From contig NC_092672.1 of assembly GCF_964355755.1 (NCBI RefSeq), positions 2,976,001-3,040,000 on the forward strand: a stretch of DNA of 64,000 bases, in the 5' to 3' direction. Shown piece by piece: positions 52,540-64,000 of this stretch. Within the stretch, counting starts at the first letter, position 1, and each line of letters opens with the position of its first letter. The translations under genes and the position numbers were made by a program. The stretch is from Antedon mediterranea. Taxonomy: Eukaryota; Animalia; Echinodermata. The notes beneath the pieces were generated by a model, which worked only from the letters and a program-made list of their open reading frames with translations, was not told where the DNA came from and did not search any database.

Positions 52540-55500
52540 ATGGGCCTCGAAGATGGTCTATTGTCCGATGAGGGCGGGTTTGAATTTAGTGATCAGGATA
52601 TCCGCAAGTGTAAGTATTATAGTGAAATCCAGATTTTGGATGAATCTGACCACACATTTTTTACGTTAATTTCATTAATCTATTTAGTTCTGACATTTTG
52701 AAACAATTTTTTTTGGACTGTTTTAGGTTTGACATATTTCCATAAAAATTAAACAAAAACAGATAATGATATAATAATAAATACTTTGAAACATCTCTTT
52801 TACTTTGCAAATATTTTTTCATTTACAGTATAACTGCTTGCCACCTTCCAGTTTCCAACCCTTAACATATGAAATTATTAATACATAAACTATTAAAGTA
52901 AATATTCTTTGATATTGTTTAACCAGATATCAGGTTGATATTGATACCTTAATTTTAGTTTCTGAGTAAAAGATAAGTAAAAAGAAATCTAGGAATGATA
53001 ATAATTTTCTTTTACAAGAAATTAAATGAATGGGAAAATTCTTACTATGATTTAATGTTGTAAAACGTAGAACCTCAAATATAATGGAAAGCCTACATTA
53101 AGCTCTTTCTACACTATCAAACTAGTTTGACAAAAAAAGTGCCCAAATATGGTAGTGATATGCCCAAATATGGTAGTGATATGCCCAAATATGGTAGTGA
53201 TATGCCCAAATATGGTAGTGATATGCCCAAATATGGTAGTGATATGCCCAAATATGGTAGTGATATGCCCAAATATGGTAGTGATATGCCCAAATATGGT
53301 AGTGATAAGCCCAAATATGGTAGTGGTATGCCCAAATATGGTAGTGGTATGCCCAAATATGGTAGTGATATGCCCAAATATGGTAGTGATATGATATCAT
53401 CATGTCCATATCTCTATCTGCACATAATTTCTCTGAAATTGCAATTATTCTGTAGTCAGATTTTACTAACAAATTTTACAAAATCTGATGTGCCCATATG
53501 TGGACAAGATGATGTCATATCACTACCACATTTGCGAATATCACTACCATATTTGGAAATATCACTACCATATTTGGGCACATCACACCTTTTTTGTCAA
53601 ACTAGTTTGATAGTGTAGACAGAGCTTTAAGGAATAGTCAACATATCTGCAAAGGATAAATTCATGGTTTAATCATGGAGGTTTACGGGATGTGAAAAAA
53701 ATAAAAAAATAGTGGGATCGATAGATGAAATACAATTACTATTTTTTGCAGCATTTATCCGTAAGGTGTATGGCATCCTTTGTGCTCAACTTCTGCTTAC
53801 TATTGGTATTATGAGCATCTTTACATTCAGGCAAGTCAATACAGTTTATAATAATAATAAATAATGAATGATGTATTAATAATAATATTAATTGGTAAAC
53901 GCTTTACTAAAAATATAATTGATATTGTTTGATTCTACAGTGAAGGTGTGAAAAAATATGCATTTGAAAATTCTTGGCCTTTCTGGGTAGCTTTGTGAGT
54001 ATATTTAAATTACCCAATTTTATTATTTTTTGATTATTAATTAGTTTTTTGCAGGTTGTGGTAGCTTTTACAAATGTCTTATATAACTCAAAATATTTAC
54101 TATGTTTATTAAAAATTAATTTTTAAAATTAAAAATACAGTAGTATTTTACATACTTGACGCCATTCAAACATTTAAAGCTCTGTCCACATTATCAAACT
54201 ATTTGACAAAAATAGTGTGATGTGCCCAAATATGGTAGTGATATGACCAAATATTGTAGTGATATGACATGATGATGTGCCCAAATATGGTAGTGATATG
54301 ACCAAATATGGTAGTGATATGACATCATCATGTCCATATATGGGCACATCATCATTTTATGTCACATAAATGTTGATAGTGCAGACAGAGCTTTAAGGAG
54401 AAGAGATTTACTTCATTACTTCAGTACAGTACGTTTGTTTATTGGATATGTATGTTACTTGTATATTTTTTTATATGTACAATATATATTGAGACATTAT
54501 TTCTCGAATGCTGTATATGATGTTTTAAATTAACTTGGTGCTGGAAAACTAGTGGTACTGTACTTTTTTACTAGTGGTACTGTACTTTCTTACTAGTGGT
54601 ACTGTACTTTTTTACTAGTGGTACTGTACTTTCTTACTAGTGGTACTGTACTTTTTACTAGTGGTACTGTACTTTTTACTAGTGGTACTGTACTTTTTTA
54701 CTAGTGGTACTGTACTTTCTTACTAGTGGTACTGTACTTTCTTACTAGTGGTACTGTACTTTCTTACTAGTGGTACTGTACTTTTTTACTAGTGGTACTG
54801 TACTTTCTTACTAGTGGTACTGTACTTTTTTACTAGTGGTACTGTACTTTCTTACTAGTGGTACTGTACTTTCTTACTAGTGGTACTGTACTTTTTTACT
54901 AGTGGTACTGTACTTTTTTACTAGTGGTACTGTACTTTTTTACTAGTGGTACTGTACTTTCTTACTAGTGGTACTGTACTTTTTTACTAGTGGTACTGTA
55001 CTTTTTTACTAGTGGTACTGTACTTTTTTACTAGTGGTACTGTACTTTTTTACTAGTGGTACTGTACTTTTTACTAGTGGTACTGTACTTTTTTACTAGT
55101 GGTACTGTACTTTTTTACTAGTGGTACTGTACTTTCTTACTAGTGGTACTGTACTTTTTACTAGTGGTACTGTACTTTTTACTAGTGGTACTGTACTTTT
55201 TTACTAGTGGTACTGTACTTTTTTACTAGTGGTACTGTACTTTCTTACTAGTGGTACTGTACTTTCTTACTAGTGGTACTGTACTTTTTACTAGTGGTAC
55301 TGTACTTTTTTACTAGTGGTACTGTACTTTTTTACTAGTGGTACTGTACTTTTTACTAGTGGTACTGTACTTTCTTACTAGTGGTACTGTACTTTTTTAC
55401 TAGTGGTACTGTACTTTCTTACTAGTGGTACTGTACTTTTTTACTAGTGGTACTGTACTTTTTTACTAGTGGTACTGTACTTTTTTACTAGTGGTACTGT

Positions 55501-58500
55501 ACTTTCTTACTAGTGGTACTGTACTTTTTTACTAGTGGTACTGTACTTTTTTACTAGTGGTACTGTACTTTCTTACTAGTGGTACTGTACTTTTTTACTA
55601 GTGGTACTGTACTTTCTTACTAGTGGTACTGTACTTTCTTACTAGTGGTACTGTACTTTTTTACTAGTGGTACTGTACTTTTTACTAGTGGTACTGTACT
55701 TTTTTACTAGTGGTACTGTACTTTTTTACTAGTGGTACTGTACTTTCTTACTAGTGGTACTGTACTTTTTTACTAGTGGTACTGTACTTTTTTACTAGTG
55801 GTACTGTACTTTCTTACTAGTGGTACTGTACTTTCTTACTAGTGGTACTGTACTTTTTTACTAGTGGTACTGTACTTTTTTACTAGTGGTACTGTACTTT
55901 CTTACTAGTGGTACTGTACTTTTTTACTAGTGGTACTGTACTTTCTTACTAGTGGTACTGTACTTTTTTACTAGTGGTACTGTACTTTTTTACTAGTGGT
56001 ACTGTACTTTCTTACTAGTGGTACTGTACTTTTTTACTAGTGGTACTGTACTTTCTTACTAGTGGTACTGTACTTTCTTACTAGTGGTACTGTACTTTTT
56101 ACTAGTGGTACTGTACTTTTTTACTAGTGGTACTGTACTTTCTTACTAGTGGTACTGTACTTTTTTACTAGTGGTACTGTACTTTCTTACTAGTGGTACT
56201 GTACTTTTTTACTAGTGGTACTGTACTTTCTTACTAGTGGTACTGTACTTTTTTACTAGACCACAGGCAAAAAAAATATTTGGTAGCCCAGAGTGATTGA
56301 ATTACTAGATATTAGTGTGCCAGACTAGACTAGATTTGCTAATAGAATAATTTGCTTATTTTAACTTTACAGCGCCGTTACGTTTGTAATTATCATTGTA
56401 TTGTCATGTTGTCCTGATACCAGAAGAACCTCTCCTATTAACATAATTTTATTGGGGATATTTGTAAGTATAGTGTGTCAAATTGTACATATCTGTCGGT
56501 CTGTATTTTTTCCTGTGTTCTCGTAAAATTTGCATGAATTTGGTACATTATTTGAAAAGAGTTGGAGATTAATTTAAGGTGTGCTTGATAGGTGCTGCAC
56601 TGCTGCCTGGTAAATAGACTGCCTAAGGTGCTGCACTGCTGCCTGGTAAATAAGCGGCCTAAGGTGCTGCACTGCTGCCTGGTAAATAGACGGCCTAAGG
56701 TGCTGCACTGTTGGCTGCCTGGTAAATGGAAGGCCTAATCCGAATTTCAAATTATTCAATTTCAGTCAAACATAAGGATGATTCTACAATTACACTTTCA
56801 TTTAAACATAAAACATTATTGCCTGTCAATTTTGGTTGATTTTTAACCCACCTCTTATTTCTTTTTATGTATTAATTTATTTGTACTATTTTGATAGTGT
56901 TTCTTTTAAATAAATGGTTCAGTATTGTTTATAGCTTGCCGGTTAAGACCCACAGTGAGGAGCGAACCAAAAATTCACCTGTGTCATGCTTGAGTGCACA
57001 GTAAAACACCAGGGGCCGGATTTATCAAACTTGCTTAGCAAAAAAATCGTCTTAACTTTGCCTTAAATCCTTGATTTTGCCTAAGTCAGATTTATCAATA
57101 TATCTAAGCAAAAAAATTTGCTTAATTTTGTCTTAAATCTAAGACGAACAGCACCCTGCCTTAAGATGAAAAATTTCGTCTTATCTCATTTCTGCAACAG
57201 AAACATTCTTTTTTGACAACGCGAGCGCGCTAGGCCGGAACATTGAACATTCGGAAAGGCTACGCTAGTGCGTTTTACGCTGTACTACGGACGCTAAAAT
57301 AATGATATCGATCTTCATAAAGATGGCCTAGAAATTGGACGAGCAAAACTAATATTTTCGGGATAGGTACGACCCAATTGACTAGCTTTTAGAAAACTGT
57401 ATCGGCTGCCAAGGGTCGCTGTCATTGATAAAAATAAATAAATGTTGATTTGATTTAAGTTTAGAGCGAATGATTTTCGTATGTATTTCCGACTGTTGTG
57501 CTCTTTCTCTATTTCAAGTAATAAAAACAATAGTAGCCAGAATACGCCCTCTCTTGTTGGGAGTGAAAATACTCTTTTCTGCTAAGACATTGCTAAGACG
57601 GTTTGATAAATAAGATTAAGTTATTTGCTTAAGCACTTCTTAAATATTTCAGCTTAAGCAAAAATATAAGCAAATATTGATAAATGCCAACCCAGTAAAA
57701 TTAAAAACACCAGACTACAATTAACTGTAGTAGACCTGTGTTATTTTAATGTTATCTTTTCCCATCAGACGGTTTGTGAGGGCGTTCTTCTTGGAATGGC
57801 GTGTGCAACGTTTGACACGACCACTGTGTTGATAGCTGTCGGCATTACAGCTGTAAGTTGCAAGATGTCATTTCTTTATTGTGAATTGTTAACGATATTT
57901 GATAGAGGAACAAATATTATAAGGCAGCCGTAGTGTGTGGTTTCAGGGAGTTTACATTGATCAAGTTATCACATCTGAAAGTGTATACGAAAATGCTGTT
58001 GCAAGAATTAAACTGATTTTCTGTGTCATAAAAGAGGGTTAAAAGATTAATAGCGATGCTTCACTGAACCATACAAGTCAGTAATGATATTTTAGATAAT
58101 TAGTTTTTTGAACTTTTCGTCCTACAGCTGTATTTCTGCCATAGTTTTTAATATTCAATTTTATTCACAGGCACTCGTTTTGGCCCTCACACTGTTTGCG
58201 TTCCAGACGAAGGTAAGATGCATTTTTAATGGTGTTCATATTTTTTGGATGATAAACAGAAACAACAAAATTTCAACTGGAATTTTATTTATATTTTACT
58301 CCATTACGCTATAAAGAATTGGTATTACTGAAATTTAAATTAAAAGTGTTGTGTTTTTTATAGGTTGATTTTACAGTATGCAATGGAATCATGTTTGTCG
58401 CCCTCATTTGCCTGATCATTTTTGGACTTTTTGCGATTATATTTCAGAGTAAGGTATGTATTAAATAATTGTGTACTAAAAGTAATTTTATTTTTTAAGC

Positions 58501-59166
58501 AGGAATGTAAATAGTGTTTTCTCCATTCCTAAGCAGACTGGCTGATTTTAGGATTTTTTACACCCACCCTTAACTTTTGGTCACGTACCTGCTAGACTTC
58601 TCAGGTTTTATCTCTATTATGCTCCCTATACAAAAATATAATACAATTTCTTTATTTATAGGTTTTGGATATTCTGTATGCAAGTCTTGGCGCTTTGGTT
58701 TTTGGTATTGTAAGTATAGCTGACATAGTTTTTTCAAAAGTGAAAAGTTTTCTTATTTTTATATATACTGTATATATGTTAAGTGTTTGTATTAAGGGTA
58801 TATTTTTGTTGAGACCCAACAAAATGTCTTCTGTTAAACCATATATGTTTGTTTCCCCTGTAACATCATATCCTAATAAAGGTGTCCCAAAGTAGGAGTT
58901 TTACTGTAGTTTAATCATGTGTTAGAACTGCAGATGAAAAGCATTTATTATTAATTAAACATTTATTGAGGTTGTTGTTATATTCATTGACTTTTTCCTA
59001 ATTTTATTTTCAGTACATTGTGATAGACACGCAGCTTATGATGGGAGGTAGTCACAAGTACTCGCTGTCTCCGGAAGAGTACATATTTGCTGCCCTCAAC
59101 CTTTACCTTGACATCATCAATTTGTTCCTATATGTGCTCATGCTTGTTAACAGTGCACGCAATTAG
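52540..59166 (+). CDS. TMBIM/Bax-inhibitor-1 family protein, lifeguard-like, 9 coding exons, 236 aa
   Basis: Exons 52540-52609, 53752-53830 (GC donor), 53941-53994, 56373-56463, 57769-57852, 58171-58212, 58364-58453, 58662-58709, 59014-59166; total 711 nt in frame. Motifs FSDQDIRKSFIRKVYGIL, LFAFQTKVDFT, DTQLMMGG, SPEEYIFAALNLYLDIINLF. Not visible in the ORF track. Confidence 0.93.
53101..53626. mobile_element. MITE family B with an internal 21-bp minisatellite expansion
   Basis: TIR agctctttctacactatcaaactagtttgacaaaaa / tttttgtcaaactagtttgatagtgtagacagagct, TTA TSD; (gcccaaatatggtagtgatat) x12 at 53141-53392. Confidence 0.9.
54178..54392. mobile_element. MITE family B
   Basis: agctctgtccacattatcaa...ttgatagtgcagacagagct with TAA/TTA flanks. 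Confidence 0.8.
54548..56259. repeat. 1.7-kb minisatellite, 21-22-bp unit, roughly 78 copies, in a TMBIM intron
   Basis: ACTAGTGGTACTGTAC followed by TTTTTT, TTTTT or TTTCTT. Confidence 0.98.
56588..56737. repeat. 36-bp tandem repeat x4
   Basis: aggtgctgcactgctgcctggtaaatagacggccta. Confidence 0.9.
57010..57695. mobile_element. Probable non-autonomous DNA element
   Basis: Imperfect ends caggggccggatttatcaa / ttgataaatgccaacccag with many subterminal cttaa/ctaag motifs; no clear TSD. Confidence 0.55.
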
Positions 59167-59566
59167 TTAACATATATTAGTTAACATATATTAACATATA
59201 TTAGTTAACATATATTAGTTAATATATATTAACATATATGTATTAGTTAACATATATTAGTTAAAATATATTAGTTAACATATATTAACATATATTAGTT
59301 AACATATATTAGTTAACATATATTAGTTAACATATATTAACATATATTAGTTAACATATATTAGTTAACATATATTAACATATATTAGTTAACATATATT
59401 AGTTAACATACATTAGTTAACATATATTAGTTAACATATATTAACATATATTAGTTAACATATATTAGTTAACATATATTAGTTAACATATATTAGTTAA
59501 CATATATTAGTTAACTTATATTAACATATATTAGTTAACATATATTAGTTAACATATATTAGTTAA
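59163..59566. repeat. AT-rich 14/10-bp tandem repeat starting at the TMBIM stop codon
   Basis: (TTAGTTAACATATA)n mixed with TTAACATATA. Confidence 0.95.
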
Positions 59567-60108
59567 AGATGTATTGTCCCTTGAAACACAAAAAAATGAA
59601 GGTCAAAATATTCTAAAATTAAATTGGCCATATCAAAGTAATATTAAAGTTATTCACTTAAAGTCGAAAATTCGAGCCAAAAACAACAAGTTTACGTAAT
59701 TAACAGGTAAATTAATTTGATTACATTTGTCTGGAAAATCGTCTCGAGCGAAAGTAAACAAAGATTTCAAACCACGAGTACGCATTATGCATATGCTAAT
59801 TAGGATTGTTTACAACTCGTCACAGTTCAGAAGGTATTTTCACACAGATCGTGAGGAAGTTTTATGACTATGCATACAGAGTAGCCAAACAAGCGCGTTT
59901 CATTATGGGATATGTTTTGATTGAAAACTTTGACTGGAAGTCAAGTTATTTTTTAACAAAAAAACGTCTGTATTTCAGTTAAATGATTTTTTTTCGACAA
60001 ATTTTTGGTGATAGTTAATAACTATTATGATACTTCAAAATGACTCACCTTTTTTCGAAATCTTTTATTTTTTATTTTTTTAGAATTAGTCAAAGGGACA
60101 ATACATCT
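59567..60108. mobile_element. Non-autonomous Kolobok-like DNA transposon
   Basis: TIR AGATGTATTGTCCCTT / AAGGGACAATACATCT, TTAA TSD (59563-66, 60109-12); termini start RR rather than the piggyBac YY. Confidence 0.8.
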
Positions 60109-60916
60109 TTAACATATAATATTTTATCCCATTATTTTCTCTCTTTATTAAAATCCTAAACCATACACACTTTTGTGTACTACAATATGTAAAATATTCC
60201 TTTACTGTATATTAATTATAGATTAATGTGATAAATTAATGTATATTCAAATCAAGTGATCAGAGACTGTGCTTATTATATATTAATATTTAATAAACTC
60301 TACTGATATACAGGCCTCTATGTAACAAAATGTGTTTATTTTGTGCATAGACTACATACAACAGTATTATCTTCATGCGGTGAAGTGAAGTGCGATACCT
60401 AGCTGTAATTCTTGTTGTAAATATTAATATCCATAGTAATTATATAACATAATCATTTATGTGTACTTGGAAATCAGAGACTTCAATATTTAATTTTTGA
60501 TAATTTAAAAAAAATTCAGCAACATTATTATTACTAACATACGAATATTATATACCGTACGTTTATTACAAATAAAAATAGATTTAGGCCTAGACTTATT
60601 TTATCGCATATAAAACCTCTCTGCGCTTCAAATATTTTATGTTTATTTTGTTATAAAAAGAGTGTTAAGGGTTTACTTCATTGTTATTTAATTGTAAAGT
60701 AATTTTAGTTTTAAGATTAAAAACACCAAATATTATGTTCCTTCTTTTAACTTAAGTGTAGATATTGTAGTATGTTACTTTATTGAAGTGTACTGCAAAT
60801 TATTTTTAGTTTCAATCCTGTCTGAGTAATGTGATCTGATTTCGGGTGAAAGATGACTTAATTGTGCAATTAATTTTTTCATTCAAGTTATATATTAGTT
60901 TAGTAGGCTACAGTTA

Positions 60917-61044
60917 AGGCCAGTTTACACAGTCGACCGGTAAACGGTGGCGGAAAAACCTATGGAGCTTTTCCAAAATACTGTATAATCTGTATATATA
61001 TGTCATGATCGTGTTTTTCGTTTACCGCTCCGGTAAATTGACCT
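60917..61044. mobile_element. Harbinger-like MITE
   Basis: tta aggccagtttacac...gtaaattgacct tta. Confidence 0.55.
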
Positions 61045-62291
61045 TTAGGCTAAGGAATGCGACACAAATACAATGTAAATTCAAGATCTTTTTTTTAGTC
61101 TTTTGTGAGGTTGATTCACCTTTATTTTCATTTAAACAATAATCCTTTTTTTCATTCTTTGTTGATATAAAGTTTGCGGTACACCCTGTTAAGTTCAGAA
61201 AAGAACTATTGAGTTTCTCCAGAACTATATACACTTGGTGTATTTGCTTGTAGAGTATAGTATGGCAAGCCAAGTCCGCCAAAAGTCTAATAGCATTATT
61301 AACATTCGTTACGTTGTCTTCAATGTAACATTCCTTCTTTGTGTTTTTTTCTTATTTAATAACTTGCACGATTTACATTTAGACCCATGTACAGCATTTA
61401 GTTTATTTACAGTTACTTGCATATAAAAAAGGAGTAAAAAATATACAAAATTAATCAGTCTATTAATAAAATACATCCATGGAATGCTCCGGTGTGAGTA
61501 TATTTTTAAACATGATTCATGAGTTTTTACAGATTGGCAGTATTTAATTCTGACTATGTTAATTTTGTAGAATATAGAGCAAAAATGAGCATAGCTTATT
61601 CTTTATGTTGCATTCTCAACCAAAAACTTCAAAAGAACAGTTACTATTATTAACATTTTAATATCATTTACCTTTTCCAAATCTGTTGATATTAAATATA
61701 TATTTAACATATATAATATTTATGTTTTATTTGAATGGATGTTAGCTTATTAAAATTTTACTAGTCATGTTAATGTCCATCTGTATAAAATATCGTTGGA
61801 ACAAAAACACCCAGCCCTCTCATTTCATTTTCGTAATGGAAACCAAACCTACCGGACCCGACTGTTTTATTTTGAAGAGGTCTAATAGCTGAATTCCGCT
61901 ACTTGACAACCTTAACAACTCGGTGGTTGATGTTAGAGACCAAATTAGAAAGTAAGTGTTTTCTTTCGATTGTTGTTTGATTGTAACCCAACTATAAGTT
62001 CGTTGGTTTATTTTAAAATATGCTGTTAGTAGGTTTGCTTAATTTAACTAGGCCTACAGTAGCATAGTTGGTACAATAATACAACAGATTTTTTTCTTTT
62101 GCATATGTATACTGAATAAAAAAAAAATAAAAAAAATACAATAGATCCGAAGTAATAAATACAAAATAACACAAATATAAATATCAATAGGCACGACATC
62201 ACTTTTATTTAAAGACCATAAGCCTACGTGCCTATTATAAGATACTGTAGTGTCTGATTTCGTCTCGGCAGTATATACAATTCGAATCAAG

Positions 62292-63868
62292 ATGAGTAAA
62301 ATTAAAGAAAATCGAGAGAATGAACCAATATTGAAGCAGGACGGTAAGATTAAGTTATACTTACTTAGTTATACGTTGAAGATGAATATCTTTCTTTTAT
62401 TTTTCCCATGTATTTATACGATGATTTGAGGACGAATTGTATGCCACGTTGAAGAATAATTCTAGGTTATATCAGGGAAGAGTACATTTCACTCTGGTTA
62501 ATTTCACTCTTCCCTGATTAATTTCACTCTTCCCTGGTTAATTTCACTCTTCCCTTGTTAATTTCACTCTTCCCTGGTTAATTTCACTCTTCCCTGGTTA
62601 ATTTCACTCTTCCCTGGTTAATTTCACTCTTCCCTGGTTAATTTCACTCTTCCCTGGTTAATTTCACTCTTCGAATTGACATACCATTGTTACCTTTTAT
62701 TTCTATGGTTGAATAATTGTTCTACCATTGTATACTATACAGATGCGAAACCATGGTTGCAAGTTCGATACGTAATGGTCTTTCTGTGTTTCACAGCAAA
62801 CACACTGAATTTCATTCTTAGAACAAACTGGAGTATTGCCATTTTACCTATCGTAAGCAACAAATTTGTCTGGATTGTTAGTGTATCAAAATACTAAATC
62901 ATGAAATTGAATTAATGAACTATATGAAAATAATAAATATTTGACATATAACAATAGTAAAATTAAATTCACAATTTAAACACTGATGATTGTAAGTGTT
63001 AATATTGTGTCCAACGGAAACTTACAGTTTTGAGAGAAAAAAAACAATCAACTTTTAAACCTACACTTGGTATATATTACGATATCGTACTTAACTATCA
63101 ACCAAATATTACAGTAAAGTATAATCTATTCGTAAACATGCCGTTAAAAAAAAACTTTTTTTAGGCTAGAGAGTTCAACTGGGAAATCCAAAAGCAACAA
63201 AACATCTTAGCCACATTTTTTATTTCCAATTCATGCTCACCTCTTCTCGGAGGATGGTTGGTTGGAAAATACGGAGGTTTTCGGGTTGTGTTGCTTATGC
63301 TATGATTTCATCATTTACGATGGCACTATTAACTCCGTTTGCTGTTAATACAAGCGTTACTCTATTGATAATCAATAGACTCGTCGATGGTTTCGGACAG
63401 GTAGGCCTAATTTGTTTTTTTTTAAATTGTTGTTTTGCCAAAAGAAAAAAAATAAATTAAAATAGCAGCACTTGTAATCTGTGGTAAAACTGTATGCATT
63501 TGTATACATGTGTCGAAATCAATGATATTATATAGCCAAAGGCTTATTACATCTCTCTGGTAGAAATACATGTATTTATATTCCGCGCGTGCGCGCTCCT
63601 AACATTTGCGATCCGAGTTTTTATTTTTTGTTGTTGTAAACATTAAGGACACACGAAAGTTGTGAGTATAGCTAAATCGTTGTATCTATTATTTTTGCTT
63701 GTTTGTTTGGTCTGTCATCTTTCATTCCCTACAGCAATATAATTTTATCAATGAAATACAGTACATTTAATTTTTGTCAGGGCATGGTGATGACAGGATC
63801 CGTGGGTATTATAAGAAGATGGTCAATATTAGATGAACGCAGTACATTTATATCGATTACAACGTCAG
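62292..63868 (+). pseudogene. SLC17/sialin-like MFS transporter, 5' part, with a frameshift (pseudogene or sequence error); runs off the window
   Basis: Exons 62292-62343, 62743-62852 (or 62876), 63165-63400, 63781-63868. Motifs VRYVM, LRTNWSIAI, FNWEIQKQQNIL, GGWLVGKYGG, LLTP, RWSILDERS. The frame breaks at ~63288. Confidence 0.7.
62488..62672. repeat. 20-bp minisatellite x9
   Basis: ATTTCACTCTTCCCTGGTTA. Confidence 0.95.
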
Positions 63869-64000
63869 GTAATAATTTAGACCTTGGTGCATTTCCATTT
63901 TTTCCATGCCTCCATGCCAGAAAAGCGGTAATTCTAAAGTTCTGAGGTCGATCAGAAATATGAAATAAAGTAAAACAATGCCATATTATAAAGTAAGAAA

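Noticed and set aside
53117-53618. Repetitive ORFs (MPKYGSD)n, (YHYHIWA)n and similar
   Set aside because: Translations of a 21-bp minisatellite inside a MITE in an intron; open in many frames.
54548-56259. CRISPR-like regular array
   Set aside because: No unique spacers, no cas genes, eukaryotic intron context.

Overview
AT-rich, intron-containing animal DNA; a marine invertebrate such as an echinoderm is my inference. Host genes: two convergent membrane-anchored MMP genes, an intact SLC22 transporter with a decayed tandem duplicate (broken by a LINE and a 9-bp-TSD DNA element), a TMBIM/lifeguard gene, and the 5' part of an SLC17-like gene carrying a 2-nt frameshift. MITEs and minisatellites are dense throughout. 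The main feature is a 12.3-kb, apparently intact Ty3/Gypsy retrotransposon (39610-51919, minus strand) with identical 320-bp LTRs. Its Gag appears to begin with a ComEA-like helix-hairpin-helix. Pol is reached through a UUUAAAC -1 frameshift with a downstream stem-loop. The integrase ends in a PHF8/BPTF-type PHD finger. A non-env third ORF and a thrice-repeated RNA hairpin follow, and splice acceptors precede both gag and ORF3. The element sits in what looks like the first exon of the TMBIM gene. All assignments are by eye; no searches were run, so novelty is unverified.
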